A stretch of 64,000 nt of DNA from contig JBHLJY010000001.1 in assembly GCA_048887225.1 (NCBI GenBank), positions 352,001-416,000 on the forward strand, written 5' to 3'. This DNA is from Candidatus Hodarchaeota archaeon (lineage in GTDB: Archaea; Asgardarchaeota; Lokiarchaeia; Sigyniarchaeales; SOKP01). The position numbers and the translations under genes were made by a program. Under the pieces are notes generated by a model that saw only the letters and a program-made list of their open reading frames with translations, searched no databases and was not told the origin of the DNA. Below, one piece after another: positions 30,308 to 40,385 of this stretch (the first letter of the stretch is position 1; every line of letters begins with the position of its first letter).

Positions 30308-30379
30308 AATTTATTCCTCCTTTTGTAATTAATTTTTAATTTGTATAAGATTTTTTGTTATTAAATTATAGGATCAAGG

Positions 30380-30395
30380 ATATAAAAACCTTTTC
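30380..30395 (-). promoter_or_regulatory. BRE-TATA promoter of the histone gene
   Basis: GAAAAGGTTTTTATAT on the minus strand. Confidence 0.6.
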
Positions 30396-30828
30396 TCACT
30401 TCATATTAATTATATAATATCCATAAACCAAAAGGCATATAATAGTCCCAAAAAAGATTTTACAAATGCTCATTGCTTTTACATTAATGATAATAATAAT
30501 AATATTAGTTTTGGGAATTTAAAATAATGATATTCCAATAAAAACAAAATAATTTTGCGATCAAAATATTTCAATATTGAATTATTTTAATATAGAATGA
30601 TGTTCTCTGTTAAGAGAAGCTCTATAACGAAATTACTAAATTGGATTATAATTTAGAATGTAAATAATCAATGAGCCACTAATTAAGAGATTTGAAATAA
30701 TAAAGAAAAATAAAAGAGAATTCCATTAAATAATGCAAATATTAAACCATTTTTAAAATAAAAATTAAATATAATCATTACTTTATATACTATAGATTTA
30801 AAAATGATTCGATATCCTTTTATCTTAA

Positions 30829-30873
30829 TTGTTCAATTAAATATTAAAAATGCGCTTTATATTAATTGAACAA
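30829..30873. repeat. Inverted repeat TTGTTCAATTAA-N21-TTAATTGAACAA
   Basis: Perfect 12-bp arms, extendable inward with two bulges. Confidence 0.7.
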
Positions 30874-30990
30874 GCTCAATAGGTGATTATCTAACTTTAA
30901 TTTCTCTCCTATAGAGATGATAAAATTTAGAAAGGTGTAGATTACAAATTTAGATGTATTTATTTTATGATGTAGAAAGGAGGTGATTGA

Positions 30991-31257
30991 ATGGGAAGTA
31001 GTGAATTTTTCATCAAAAGAGTATATGAAATAGTAAACGAAATGAGAATTCCTTTAATCGATGAAAGAGTACATGATAAAGTTAGCTTTAGTTCTAAAAA
31101 TACCGTGGCAACAGTAATTTTTAAATTTGAAGAAGATGAATCAGTTTTACGAGGATTTTTAGGATTAGCAGATTATTTTCATACAGTAATAATAAAACAG
31201 AAAGATAAATTCTATATTCCGAATAATTCTATATTGTTTAGATTGGAATGCTCCTAA
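30991..31257 (+). CDS. Hypothetical protein (88 aa)
   Basis: Strong SD AGGAGGTGA; globular composition. Confidence 0.75.
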   Translation: MGSSEFFIKRVYEIVNEMRIPLIDERVHDKVSFSSKNTVATVIFKFEEDESVLRGFLGLADYFHTVIIKQKDKFYIPNNSILFRLECS

Positions 31258-31375
31258 TTTGCTTCAATATATAATTTTTTCCTATTCTGTGTTCTTGACT
31301 TACAATCAATCAGATTTTAGGCAAGAAAAACATATAAAAAAATTTATAGGAATTATTAAGACAAGGTGATATTTT

Positions 31376-32038
31376 GTGAAAAATTCAGAAAAATTAAATG
31401 GTTTTCCACTAATTGGGGATGAATTTCCAGAGATGGAAGTAAAAACCACTCATGGAATAATGAAATTGCCAAAAGATTTTAAGAAACAATGGTTTATTTT
31501 GTTTAGTCATCCAGCTGATTTTACACCAGTTTGTACAACAGAATTTTACGCTTTCTCAAAACGATATAATCAATTTCTAGAGCTGAATTGTGGCTTAATA
31601 GGACTTTCTATGGATCAGGTCTTTTCGCATATTAAATGGATTGAGTGGATTGAGAAAAATTTAGAAGCTAAAATTCAATTCCCTATTATCGCGGATCATG
31701 GTGTTGTTGCTAAAAAACTTGGCATGATACACACTGCTAAAGGTACAAATACGGTTCGAGCAGTTTTTTTAGTTGATCCCGATGGAATTATTAGGTTAAT
31801 TCTCTATTATCCACAAGAACTTGGTCGAAATATCGATGAGATTATAAGAATTATAAAAGCACTCCAGACAGCTGATAACGAAAAAGTTGCTATGCCAGCA
31901 AATTGGCCTGAAAACGAGCTAATTGGCAAACAAGTTATTATTCCTCCTGCTTCAGATGTACAAACAGCAAAAAAACGACCAAATGAACACTCATGTAAGG
32001 ATTGGTGGTTTTGTTATAAATCTCTCGAATATGAATAA
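31376..32038 (+). CDS. Peroxiredoxin (archaeal Prx6/TDXH type)
   Basis: [27 protein letters not shown]. Confidence 0.95.
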   Translation: MKNSEKLNGFPLIGDEFPEMEVKTTHGIMKLPKDFKKQWFILFSHPADFTPVCTTEFYAFSKRYNQFLELNCGLIGLSMDQVFSHIKWIEWIEKNLEAKIQFPIIADHGVVAKKLGMIHTAKGTNTVRAVFLVDPDGIIRLILYYPQELGRNIDEIIRIIKALQTADNEKVAMPANWPENELIGKQVIIPPASDVQTAKKRPNEHSCKDWWFCYKSLEYE

Positions 32039-32137
32039 TCATTTTTAGTAAATTAGAGTTTAAAACCTTAAATGAAATCAATATAAATATGACATTTAAT
32101 TTGATGAGATAATAAATAAAAAAGTATGAAGTAAACG

Positions 32138-33040
32138 TTGAATGAAAAGATTTTTTATATTATTTACGGAATAGGGTTAATAATATCGACAATATTAATG
32201 ATTTGGATTTTAATCCTAGGAAGATTAAATTTTATGTTTTTATTTTTCTATTGGATTTTTAAATTTCTTTCTGGATTTGGAATCGTTTATACAATAACAA
32301 GTATTTTCTTATTAATTTTAAAAAAGGCTAAAGACAATATAGGTAAATGGGGGATTAATTTCGTTATATTTCTTAATATATTGATGCCAATTTTATTGAT
32401 TTTGTATTCTATATATCAAATATTTTCAAGCAATTACCAAGCAGAATTAGGCATAGATATTGCCGTATTATTATGGATTGATGCTATAATTTTTATTTCA
32501 GGGATTAGCACATTTCTTTTATTCTTTTATATTATTCCAGTTGTAAGAGAACAACTACATGAAATGGCATTTTTGAGTAAAATTAAAAGATTTAAGAAAA
32601 GGGCGAAAAATATTGGTCGTGGAATAAAAAAAAAGTATTTTTTTTTTAGAAGGAAATATGCTAAAGCTCATATTCAAGATCAAATAACAATCAAAGAATC
32701 TTTAGATCTTTGGCAAAAGAAATTAACTGCTTATTTGATACTTCCAATTATAATTGGATCAATTATCTTTACCCCAATTGCTTTTGTTTGTTTAATTTTT
32801 TGGTTAAAAATTTTTATATTTGATGATTTTGAGATAACAATTTTCGATAAAGTGGCATTTTTAATTTCCATAATAATTGTTTGTATTATGGCTTGTTTAA
32901 TACCATTTATAAATTTAGGAATATATACCACTTTCTCAGAATACTTCTGGACAATTAATATATTTTACATAATTGGAGTCTCACTAGCTTCATGTATTTT
33001 TATTTTCAAATTTCTTAATTTAAGAGGAATAATCTTTTAA
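32138..33040 (+). CDS. Hypothetical multi-pass membrane protein
   Basis: About 7-8 hydrophobic helices with a basic cytoplasmic loop. Confidence 0.7.
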   Translation: MNEKIFYIIYGIGLIISTILMIWILILGRLNFMFLFFYWIFKFLSGFGIVYTITSIFLLILKKAKDNIGKWGINFVIFLNILMPILLILYSIYQIFSSNYQAELGIDIAVLLWIDAIIFISGISTFLLFFYIIPVVREQLHEMAFLSKIKRFKKRAKNIGRGIKKKYFFFRRKYAKAHIQDQITIKESLDLWQKKLTAYLILPIIIGSIIFTPIAFVCLIFWLKIFIFDDFEITIFDKVAFLISIIIVCIMACLIPFINLGIYTTFSEYFWTINIFYIIGVSLASCIFIFKFLNLRGIIF

Positions 33041-33092
33041 AATATTAAATGGAAAATTGTATAAACTAATATAAAATAGGTGGATGAATTAA

Positions 33093-33776
33093 ATGTCTAC
33101 AAATCAATTATTAAAGCAATTATGGTTTGAAAAAAGAGAATTCATCACTTCAGAAGAACTTATTGAATATAGTAAAGCTTTATATTTTAGCTATAGTAAT
33201 AATATGATCAAATATCTCATTTCAAGAGGATATCTCCTAAAAATTTTTAGAAATATATTTTATGTTAAAAGTCGTAATGAATTCCAATTCAATAAAATAA
33301 AATATTCACCTTTAGAACTTGTTTCAAAAGGTCTTAAATTAAAAAGAGTTCATAATTGGTATTTTGGTTTATACACCGCGCTGACTTTAAATGGAATTAC
33401 AAATAATCACGACCAAGAATTCTATATTATAAATGATAAAATAGTTAATCACAAACCGATAAAGATTGAGCATTATCCGCTTAATTTCCTAATATTAAAA
33501 TCTCGCCTTTTAAATTTTGGAATTATAAAAAATAAAATACAATATTCTGATCTTGAAAAAACAATTTTGGATTTTATCTATCTATGGAAAATTAATAAAA
33601 AAACTGATACAAAAATTATTCAAAATATAACTGAATTCATAAGAGATATTTCTAAAGATAAGATTATTAAATATTCGAACTATTATCCTGAAAGTAATAG
33701 AAAAATCCTTGAAAAATTAATAAAATTATTAGATTTGATGAAAAATCGTGAGTTATCGTACAAAAAAAACCTATAA
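33093..33776 (+). CDS. AbiEi-like (type IV antitoxin-family) transcriptional regulator
   Basis: wHTH (YLISRGYLLKIFRNIFYV), WYFGLYTAL, YSDLEKTILDFIY. Confidence 0.7.
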   Translation: MSTNQLLKQLWFEKREFITSEELIEYSKALYFSYSNNMIKYLISRGYLLKIFRNIFYVKSRNEFQFNKIKYSPLELVSKGLKLKRVHNWYFGLYTALTLNGITNNHDQEFYIINDKIVNHKPIKIEHYPLNFLILKSRLLNFGIIKNKIQYSDLEKTILDFIYLWKINKKTDTKIIQNITEFIRDISKDKIIKYSNYYPESNRKILEKLIKLLDLMKNRELSYKKNL

Positions 33777-34362
33777 AAATAAAATAGAGCTAGACCATGA
33801 ATGCAATAAATGTGGAGAATGTTGTAGAGCAGGTTATGATATATATATCGTAAAAGAGGATGTCAAAAAATGGATGAAAGCCAATAAAATTAATTATTTA
33901 CAATACATTCAGATTAATCCAAACTGTATTTCTCCAATAGGTTTAAGTAAATTTCATAATAACCAAGGAAAGGCGACAGAAATTATTAAAAATAATAATA
34001 ATGAAAAAAAATTTGACATAAATAAAAAAAGACTTATTCAATTCATCCAAAAAAACCATTCATATCAAGGAAAAGGTTCGAATTCTTTTCTATTATATAC
34101 AATATTACCGAATATGAAACAAAATCCTATTTTAATCCCTAAAAATTTTAATGTAGTTTTGGAGGGATTTGAATGGGGATTAACTTATAAAATAAAATTA
34201 GATCCAAACGGTTATTGTCCTTTTTTAAAGTTGAATCTTTGTTCAATTCATGATATCAAGCCAATGGTTTGTAAAAAATTTCCTTATGATGAAAATGGTG
34301 ATTTAAGAGAAGATGATTATTTTTTCTCAATTTGTAATGGCATAGAAAAAAAAAATTTCTAA
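33748..34362 (+). CDS. YkgJ-family cysteine-cluster protein
   Basis: CNKCGECC...CPFL...CSIHDIKPMVCKKFPY. Confidence 0.85.
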   Translation: MSYRTKKTYKNKIELDHECNKCGECCRAGYDIYIVKEDVKKWMKANKINYLQYIQINPNCISPIGLSKFHNNQGKATEIIKNNNNEKKFDINKKRLIQFIQKNHSYQGKGSNSFLLYTILPNMKQNPILIPKNFNVVLEGFEWGLTYKIKLDPNGYCPFLKLNLCSIHDIKPMVCKKFPYDENGDLREDDYFFSICNGIEKKNF

Positions 34363-34406
34363 ACAATTAAATAAAAAAATAATTTGAATTAACGGAGGTG
34401 AAAAAT

Positions 34407-34730
34407 ATGGTAGAAGGAACAGTAAAATGGTTTAACAGCAGAAAGGGCTATGGATTTATATATTCTGAAGACGGAAGTGATGTATATGTTCATTTATCTG
34501 CATTAAGGGGGGATGATAATTATTATAAAACGTTAAATGAGAATGACAAGGTTGAGTTTGATGTTATTCAAGGTCAAAAAGGACCACAAGCGAGTAATGT
34601 TGTAGTTACTCAAAAAGCCCCTCCTCAGCTTCGTAAGAGTTTTAAATTTTATAAAGGCGGCGGAAAAAGAGGCGGTGGAAAAAGAGGTGGTGGAAAAAGA
34701 GGCGGTGGAAAAAAAAGACATCGCTACTAA
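34407..34730 (+). CDS. csp: Cold-shock domain protein with Gly/Lys/Arg-rich tail
   Basis: [15 protein letters not shown]...DVYVHLSAL...[18 protein letters not shown] favours ATG 34407 over GTG 34398. Confidence 0.93.
   Translation: MVEGTVKWFNSRKGYGFIYSEDGSDVYVHLSALRGDDNYYKTLNENDKVEFDVIQGQKGPQASNVVVTQKAPPQLRKSFKFYKGGGKRGGGKRGGGKRGGGKKRHRY
34656..34715 (+). repeat. 15-bp tandem repeat x4 (GGYGGYGGAAAAAGA) encoding GGGKR
   Basis: Read directly from the sequence; the last unit ends AAAAAA. Confidence 0.9.
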
Positions 34731-34815
34731 TCCTTTTAATTGGAATTAACGGTATATAAAAAAAGTTATATAAAAAATATAAGAAGTGGTGAAAAATTAG
34801 TTAATTGTTCAAAAT

Positions 34816-35463
34816 ATGAGGATAAATGTCAAATTGAGGGAATTAAAGATAAATAAAGAAGATTTTGATTATAAAGAAGTATTGGATTATAAAATTAATA
34901 ATGTTGTTGCTTCAGTTTCCTTGAAAATTTCAGAAAAAATAGATCTCGCTCAAATAGCAAGAAAATTAAATGAAGTAGAATATAGTCCAGAAAGATTTCC
35001 TGGTTTAATTCTAAGAGTAGATAAACCAAAATCAACAGTTTTAATTTTCTCCACAGGCAATATGGTTGTCACTGGAATTAAAAATGTATCCAATGCGGAT
35101 AAAACAGTAAAAAATATCATAAAAAAAATTCGAAAAATTGGAATTAAATTACCCGATCCTAAAATCATAATTCAAAATATAGTAGCAACCGGAGATTTGC
35201 ACTCGTCTATTGATTTAAATAAGGCGACAATTATTATGGATAATGTAATGTTCGAGCCTGAAATCTTTCCAGGGCTAATTTATCGCATGCAAGATCCTAA
35301 AACTGTTTTTCTTATCTTTTCTACTGGAAAAGTAGTATGCACCGGGGCTAAAAATGAAGAAAAAATAGAAAAAGCATTATTAAAATTGAATCAAATGGTA
35401 CATGACCTTAATATTACAAGAGAACCTTCGAAAGAATCTAATTATGAAATTATTTTTAAATAA
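34816..35463 (+). CDS. tbp: TATA-box binding protein
   Basis: Two repeats: NVVAS...YSPERFPGLI...LIFSTGNMVVTG and NIVAT...FEPEIFPGLIYR...LIFSTGKVVCTGAK. Confidence 0.95.
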   Translation: MRINVKLRELKINKEDFDYKEVLDYKINNVVASVSLKISEKIDLAQIARKLNEVEYSPERFPGLILRVDKPKSTVLIFSTGNMVVTGIKNVSNADKTVKNIIKKIRKIGIKLPDPKIIIQNIVATGDLHSSIDLNKATIIMDNVMFEPEIFPGLIYRMQDPKTVFLIFSTGKVVCTGAKNEEKIEKALLKLNQMVHDLNITREPSKESNYEIIFK

Positions 35464-35503
35464 GTAAAATAATTTTTTTAAAAAAAATAGGATGTTATGT
35501 CTT

Positions 35504-35656
35504 ATGGTTGAATTTTGTGATAAATGTGAAGGACTTTTACTTCCTTCAAAAATTAATGATAAAGGAGTACTCAAATGTATTAATTGTGGTAAAATAAAAC
35601 CTTTCGATGAAGAATTAACTGAAGCTTACAAACTCGATGTTAAAATTGAACAATAA
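35504..35656 (+). CDS. TFS/RpoM N-terminal zinc-ribbon-only protein (50 aa, not in ORF track)
   Basis: MVEFCDKCEGLLLPSKINDKGVLKCINCGKIKPFDEELTEAYKLDVKIEQ; no C-terminal RSADE ribbon. Alternative ATG at 35492. Confidence 0.75.
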   Translation: MVEFCDKCEGLLLPSKINDKGVLKCINCGKIKPFDEELTEAYKLDVKIEQ

Positions 35657-35754
35657 TCAAAAAGATTGTATACTTTACTTAATAAAATTCAAAACATAAA
35701 AATTATTAAAAATTCATTGTTATATCAATTAATTAAATTAGAAATCAGATTAAT

Positions 35755-35811
35755 GTATTATTTTTTAACCATCCAGCAGATTTCACACTTGTATTATGTA
35801 CTACTGAATTC
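35755..35811 (+). pseudogene. Peroxiredoxin active-site gene scar
   Basis: Reads VLFFNHPADFTLVLCTTEF (cf. [17 protein letters not shown] at about 31500); no start codon in this frame. Confidence 0.7.
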
Positions 35812-35860
35812 TTAAATGAAATCATTTATTCCTCAAAATTTACTTTTAATTTACTAAAAT

Positions 35861-38179
35861 ATGAGGTGGAATACTATCACTAATGAAAACTATGAACTGA
35901 AATTAAAGAATATTGCTTTTATTGGTAATTACTTGCCAAGAAAATGTGGAATTGCTACATTTACTACGGATCTATTACAAGCAGTTTCCAATGAAGCTCC
36001 AGAAATATCTTGTTGGGCATTGACAATGAATGACAAACCTCAAGGATATTCTTATCCTAAGCAAGTTCGTTTTGAATTATATGATAAACGATTGGGAGAT
36101 TATGAATTGGCAGCAGAATTTTTAAATGTTAACAAGGTAGATTTGGTTTGTTTACAACATGAATTTGGAATTTATGGTGGCGATTTTGGCAAATATATTT
36201 TAGCGTTAATTCGTAACTTAAGAATGCCTATTGTAACTACTCTACATTCGATATTACCTAATCCACACCCACAACAAAAAAAAATTATTGAAACAATAAA
36301 TCAAATTTCAGATAAAATAGTTGTTATGAGTAAAAAAGCCAAACTTTTCTTAAATGAAGTATATGGAGTAGCTAATGAGAAAATTACTTTGATTCATCAT
36401 GGTATTCCCGATGTACCATTTATTGATCCGAATTTTTTTAAAGATCAATTTGGTGTTGAAGGGAAAGATGTTATCTTAACATTTGGTTTGCTTAATCCTG
36501 GTAAAGGAATTGAATTTATGATAGAAGCATTACCTGAAATAATACAAAAATATCCAGACGTAATATACATTGTTCTTGGAGCAACTCATCCAAATATAAT
36601 CAAAGAACAAGGTGAAAAATATCGTCATTCTCTTCAAAGAAAAGCTAGAGACCTTGGTGTAGAAAACAATATTCTTTTTCATAATAGATTTGTAGATTTA
36701 GAAGAGCTTTGCGAATTCTTAGGAGCTGCTAATGTGTATGTCTCACCATATATAAATAAGGATCAAATAATTTCTGGAACTTTAGCTTATGCTATAGGTG
36801 CGGGTAAAGCAATAATTTCAACACCTTATTGGTATGCTGAAGAGAGTTTAGCTGGAGGGAGAGGAATAATAGTTCCTTTTAAAAATCATAAATTACTAGC
36901 TAAAGCTATAATAGATTTATTGGATAATGAAACTGAAAGACACGCTATGCGTAAAAAAGCTTATTTGTACTCTCGAGAAATGATATGGAAACAAGTTGCT
37001 ACTGAATATCTTAAAATATTTCATGAAATTTTAAAGAAACGAGAAATTCAACCAATAATTCCAATTCAAAAGAAATCCTTAAGAGTTACTCCATTTGAAG
37101 TTCCAATACCGAAATTTGACCATCTTTATAGACTAACGGATGATGTAGGTATATTGCAACATGCTAATTTCATTATTACTAATCGAGATGATGGTTATTG
37201 TACGGATGATAATGCTAGGGCATTAATTGCAGTTTTAATGGCTCAAAATTTGTCTATTGAAGATAAATTATTGAAAGATTTGGATTGTCGCTATTTAAGC
37301 TTTTTATTGCATTCCTTTAATCAGAAAATAGGAAGGTTTCGTAATTTTCTAGGATATAATCACAAATGGCTAGAAAGGAAAGGATCTGAAGATAGTCATG
37401 GTCGTTCTGTCTGGGCCTTAGGTATTACAATAGGATTAGCAAAAATCAAGGAATTTGGCGATATATCTTTAGAAATTTTTGAAAGAGCAGTATCAACTTT
37501 AACAAAGTTTAATTATCCTCGCTCTTTAGCTTTTGGTTTAGTAGGAATTCACGCTTATCTAGCAAGATTCAGTGGAGATAGTAGAATGAAGCGGTATCGA
37601 AAATTAATAGCAAATAAATTATTCAAATTTTACCGCGATAATGCCAGTAATGACTGGTCTTGGTTAGAAAATACCATTACCTATGATAATGGAAAAATCC
37701 CACAAGCTCTACTGATGTCTGGAAAATGGATGCAGCGAGGAGATATGATTGAGGCAGGTCTTGACATGTTAGATTGGTTAATTAAAATTCAAATTGGCTC
37801 CAAAGGACAGTTTTCTCCAATAGGTAATAAAGGTTGGTACTCAAGAGGAGGTGAAAAAGCGAGATTTGATCAACAACCTCTTGAAGCACAAAGCATCCTT
37901 GAAGCATGTATTGAAGCATTTAATATCACTCAAGATAAAAGATGGATCATTGAAGCACGACGTTGTTTTGAATGGTTTTTAGGTCGTAATGATATGAATA
38001 TACCTCTCTACGACTATAAAACAGGAGGATGTTATGATAGTTTAACATCAATAGGTTTTAATAGAAACCAAGGTGCAGAATCAACAGTAGCTTGGTTATT
38101 ATCTCTTTTGAATATGTATTATCTAGAAAGTCTAATAGATATTGATGAAAAATTAATTAAGGTTGAAAAAAGTGTCTAA
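35861..38179 (+). CDS. GT4 glycosyltransferase fused to a six-hairpin glycosidase-like domain
   Basis: YLPRKCGIATFT, QHEFGIYGG, HGIP, GKGIE, SGTLAYA; C-domain GYCTDDNARAL, FDQQPLE, NQGAES. Confidence 0.88.
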   Translation: MRWNTITNENYELKLKNIAFIGNYLPRKCGIATFTTDLLQAVSNEAPEISCWALTMNDKPQGYSYPKQVRFELYDKRLGDYELAAEFLNVNKVDLVCLQHEFGIYGGDFGKYILALIRNLRMPIVTTLHSILPNPHPQQKKIIETINQISDKIVVMSKKAKLFLNEVYGVANEKITLIHHGIPDVPFIDPNFFKDQFGVEGKDVILTFGLLNPGKGIEFMIEALPEIIQKYPDVIYIVLGATHPNIIKEQGEKYRHSLQRKARDLGVENNILFHNRFVDLEELCEFLGAANVYVSPYINKDQIISGTLAYAIGAGKAIISTPYWYAEESLAGGRGIIVPFKNHKLLAKAIIDLLDNETERHAMRKKAYLYSREMIWKQVATEYLKIFHEILKKREIQPIIPIQKKSLRVTPFEVPIPKFDHLYRLTDDVGILQHANFIITNRDDGYCTDDNARALIAVLMAQNLSIEDKLLKDLDCRYLSFLLHSFNQKIGRFRNFLGYNHKWLERKGSEDSHGRSVWALGITIGLAKIKEFGDISLEIFERAVSTLTKFNYPRSLAFGLVGIHAYLARFSGDSRMKRYRKLIANKLFKFYRDNASNDWSWLENTITYDNGKIPQALLMSGKWMQRGDMIEAGLDMLDWLIKIQIGSKGQFSPIGNKGWYSRGGEKARFDQQPLEAQSILEACIEAFNITQDKRWIIEARRCFEWFLGRNDMNIPLYDYKTGGCYDSLTSIGFNRNQGAESTVAWLLSLLNMYYLESLIDIDEKLIKVEKSV

Positions 38180-39398
38180 AAAACCTATAATAATGATAAG
38201 TTCTTATCCTCCGCGCTTATGTGGAATCGCAACTTTTGCGGAAGAGGCTCGAGAATTTATCCAAAAAGCAAACCCTGATAAAGATGTTCTTGTTATAAGT
38301 CATTATGATGGTGAAGGCGAAGGTATTTTTCCGATTATTAATACCAGCAGTGCAAAATGGTGGAAAATCGTAGCTGATAAAATAAAGGAATTAGATCCAT
38401 ATGCAGTTCATCTAGAACACGAGTATGGGCTTTATGAATATTATGATGCACGTGGAATTAGCGATAAAAATGAGGGGTTTCTCATCCTTCTTGAAGCTAT
38501 AAGTGAATATCCATTGATAGTTGAGCCCCATACTATTCATGGACGGATTAGCGATTATGAGGCTAATTTTATTTATCAGCTTTGTCAGAATAGCGATGTT
38601 GTTCTTTTTAAATGCCATTATCAAAAATGGAGGTTAGATTGGTCATTTCGAGCAAGAGGTTGGGAACCTCCTCAAAATATTATGGTGATACCACATGGCG
38701 CTCGACCTGATAAGCGATGGGGTGTTCAAGAAATACCAAATCTTAAAAAAGAATTGGGATTAAATGGTTCAAATCGATATGATCATCTTATAGGAATGGT
38801 GGGATGGATACAAACAAATAAACGATGGGATATCTTACTTTCAATATGGGAAGAAATTTATGAAGATATTAAAAAAAAAAGTGATCAAGAATGGCAGTTA
38901 TTTGCTGCTGGGACAATGCGTGATCCTAACCATAAAAAAGATTATGAAATGTGGAAATCTCAAATTCTTGAACTTCAAGATAAGGGATTAGCTTATTATT
39001 ATGAATTTATTCCCAGAGGAGATCTTTATTATAAAGTGATGGCTATCTGTGATTTTATCGTCTTACCTACTATTGATGAAACTCAATCCGGCACTCTTGC
39101 AAGAATTATTTCTTTAAATAAACCATATATTACTAGTGCTCCAATGGAGGGTTTAACGGCCCAGACTTTAGAGAATGAAGGTGGCTTATTATTTACAACT
39201 AAAAAAATGTTAAAAGATAAAGTTGTTCAATTAGCATGTGATGAGAATCTTCGATTAAAGTTAGGAGAAAATTTAAAAAAATACCTTGATAACACGGTCT
39301 CTTGGGAAATTGTAGCTCAACAATATAATTATGCCTATGAATTAGCAAGAAAGGCCAAAAGAACTGGCAAACCAGTAATGTTAGAAAAAGAATTTTAA
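38163..39398 (+). CDS. GT4 glycosyltransferase
   Basis: SSYPPRLCGIATF, EHEYG, IPHG, QSGTLAR. Confidence 0.85.
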   Translation: MKKVSKKPIIMISSYPPRLCGIATFAEEAREFIQKANPDKDVLVISHYDGEGEGIFPIINTSSAKWWKIVADKIKELDPYAVHLEHEYGLYEYYDARGISDKNEGFLILLEAISEYPLIVEPHTIHGRISDYEANFIYQLCQNSDVVLFKCHYQKWRLDWSFRARGWEPPQNIMVIPHGARPDKRWGVQEIPNLKKELGLNGSNRYDHLIGMVGWIQTNKRWDILLSIWEEIYEDIKKKSDQEWQLFAAGTMRDPNHKKDYEMWKSQILELQDKGLAYYYEFIPRGDLYYKVMAICDFIVLPTIDETQSGTLARIISLNKPYITSAPMEGLTAQTLENEGGLLFTTKKMLKDKVVQLACDENLRLKLGENLKKYLDNTVSWEIVAQQYNYAYELARKAKRTGKPVMLEKEF

Positions 39399-39413
39399 AA
39401 AATCGATAATATT

Positions 39414-40385
39414 ATGACAAATAATTTAAATAAGGAACTTTTTATTCGGCACCCAAATAATCCAATAATAACAGCTTTAGATTTGCCTTATCCAGCTAAT
39501 ACTGTCTTTAATACTGGTGCCGTAAAGATAAAGGATGAATTCTTACTTTTAATGCGAGTTGAAGATAAAAGAGGTATTTCTCATTTAACATTAGCAAGAA
39601 GTAATAATGGCATAAATAACTGGTTAATTGAATCACATCCCGCTTTAATGCCAAATCCAGATCTTTATCCGGAAGAAATTTGGGGGATTGAAGATCCTAG
39701 AATTACTTTTCTTGAAGAAAAGAAAATTTGGGCTATTACATATACAGCTTATTCAACAGCAGGTCCCTTGGTGTCGTTAGCAACTACTTCGGATTTTAAA
39801 GAATATAAACGTTTTGGCCCTATAATGCCCCCAGAAAATAAAGATGCTGCTTTATTTCCTATTAAATTTGATGGTCAATGGGCGATGATTCATAGACCGG
39901 TATGCAATCGTCCTGGTATAGGAGCCCATATCTGGATCTCCTATTCGCCAGATTTAATACATTGGGGAGAGCATCAGATCCTCATTCCAGCTAGAAGAGG
40001 TAGTTGGTGGGATGCAAACAAAGTTGGTATCTCCCCACCTCCAATAAAAACCGAAGAGGGATGGTTAATTCTTTATCATGGTGTCAAAAAAACTGTTGGA
40101 GGGATAATTTATCGTTTAGGATTGGCTCTTTTAGATTTTAAAGAACCAAATAAATTAATCGCAAGATCTGATGAATGGATTTTTAATCCTAGAGAATCTT
40201 ATGAGGTTATTGGTGATGTTGATAAAGTAATTTTTCCTTGTGGCTGGATTTTGAATGATAATGAAATATTTTTATATTATGGGGGTGCTGATAAATGTAT
40301 CGCTTTAGCTAAAGCGAATCTTTTAGAATTACTTGAATGGTTAAAAACACATAATTCTGAAGGAGGTAACAAACAATGCATGTAG
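39414..40385 (+). CDS. GH130 glycoside phosphorylase/hydrolase
   Basis: NPII, VFNTGA, GIEDPRIT, NKDAALFP, HRP, YHGV, YYGGAD. Confidence 0.9.
   Translation: MTNNLNKELFIRHPNNPIITALDLPYPANTVFNTGAVKIKDEFLLLMRVEDKRGISHLTLARSNNGINNWLIESHPALMPNPDLYPEEIWGIEDPRITFLEEKKIWAITYTAYSTAGPLVSLATTSDFKEYKRFGPIMPPENKDAALFPIKFDGQWAMIHRPVCNRPGIGAHIWISYSPDLIHWGEHQILIPARRGSWWDANKVGISPPPIKTEEGWLILYHGVKKTVGGIIYRLGLALLDFKEPNKLIARSDEWIFNPRESYEVIGDVDKVIFPCGWILNDNEIFLYYGGADKCIALAKANLLELLEWLKTHNSEGGNKQCM

Noticed and set aside
34656-34715. CRISPR-like array
   Set aside because: Contiguous coding 15-bp repeats without spacers; no CRISPR array or cas gene was seen anywhere in the window.
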